Shown in pieces: positions 63,831 through 64,000 of a stretch of 64,000 nt of DNA. The DNA lies in the NCBI GenBank assembly GCA_964016885.1, contig OZ024745.1, forward strand, positions 43,648,001 to 43,712,000. Reading direction: 5' to 3'. The position numbers and the translations under genes were made by a program. The stretch's first letter is position 1, and each line of letters begins with the position of its first letter. The notes beneath the pieces are model-generated. The model saw nothing but the letters and a program-made list of their open reading frames with translations. It made no database searches and was not told where the DNA came from. Source of the DNA: Eledone cirrhosa. Taxonomy: Eukaryota.

Positions 63831-63998
63831 TTCTTCAGATAACTTTTTCTTTGCTTTTTCTAGTCGTGCAATTTGTTCCTGAAGATCAGCAATCTGTTGC
63901 CGCAACTGTTCTATAAGTCTTTGAGCCTTTTTAAGTTCTTCTTCAGCGGAATCTCGATTGCTCTCAGCTTCCTCAGTTTTTTTCTTTAGTTCTACCAT
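63831..63998 (-). CDS. Non-muscle myosin II heavy chain rod exon (5' edge at window end)
   Basis: MVELKKKTEE..ARLEKAKKKLSEE|gtgagt; AG at 64000-63999 may be the acceptor. Confidence 0.9.
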
Positions 63999-64000
63999 CT

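Overview
AT-rich eukaryotic genomic DNA with spliceosomal introns and dense repeats. The SINE/MITE content and microsatellites resemble an octopod cephalopod (inference, not proven). Three genes are supportable. (1) The 3' end of an inositol 1,4,5-trisphosphate receptor gene on + (luminal loop, GGGIGD pore, S6, C2H2 linker, tail; exons 17329-30800). (2) A complete 4-exon MMACHC/CblC gene on - (47317-39064, 240 aa). (3) Ten 3' rod/tail exons of a non-muscle myosin II heavy chain gene on - (63998-55624). An ITPR intron holds a ~14.8 kb array of a 29-bp palindrome-containing satellite, nested in remnants of an older 28-bp palindromic array. Another ITPR intron holds an intronless guanylate kinase pseudogene. 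The rest is transposon-derived: Penelope-like elements with decayed hammerhead ribozymes, RTE, CR1, R4/Dong-like and CRE-like LINE fragments, two main SINE families, and piggyBac, hAT and Tc1/mariner MITEs. Several fold-back structures would give long dsRNA in host transcripts. No CRISPR array or prokaryotic system is present. Best leads: the satellite's origin with a retained palindrome, a candidate 24-nt ITPR microexon, ribozyme-like/hairpin modules next to splice acceptors, and a fold-back element with a self-complementary (TAC)n/(TAG)n core. All calls were made by eye with no database search.
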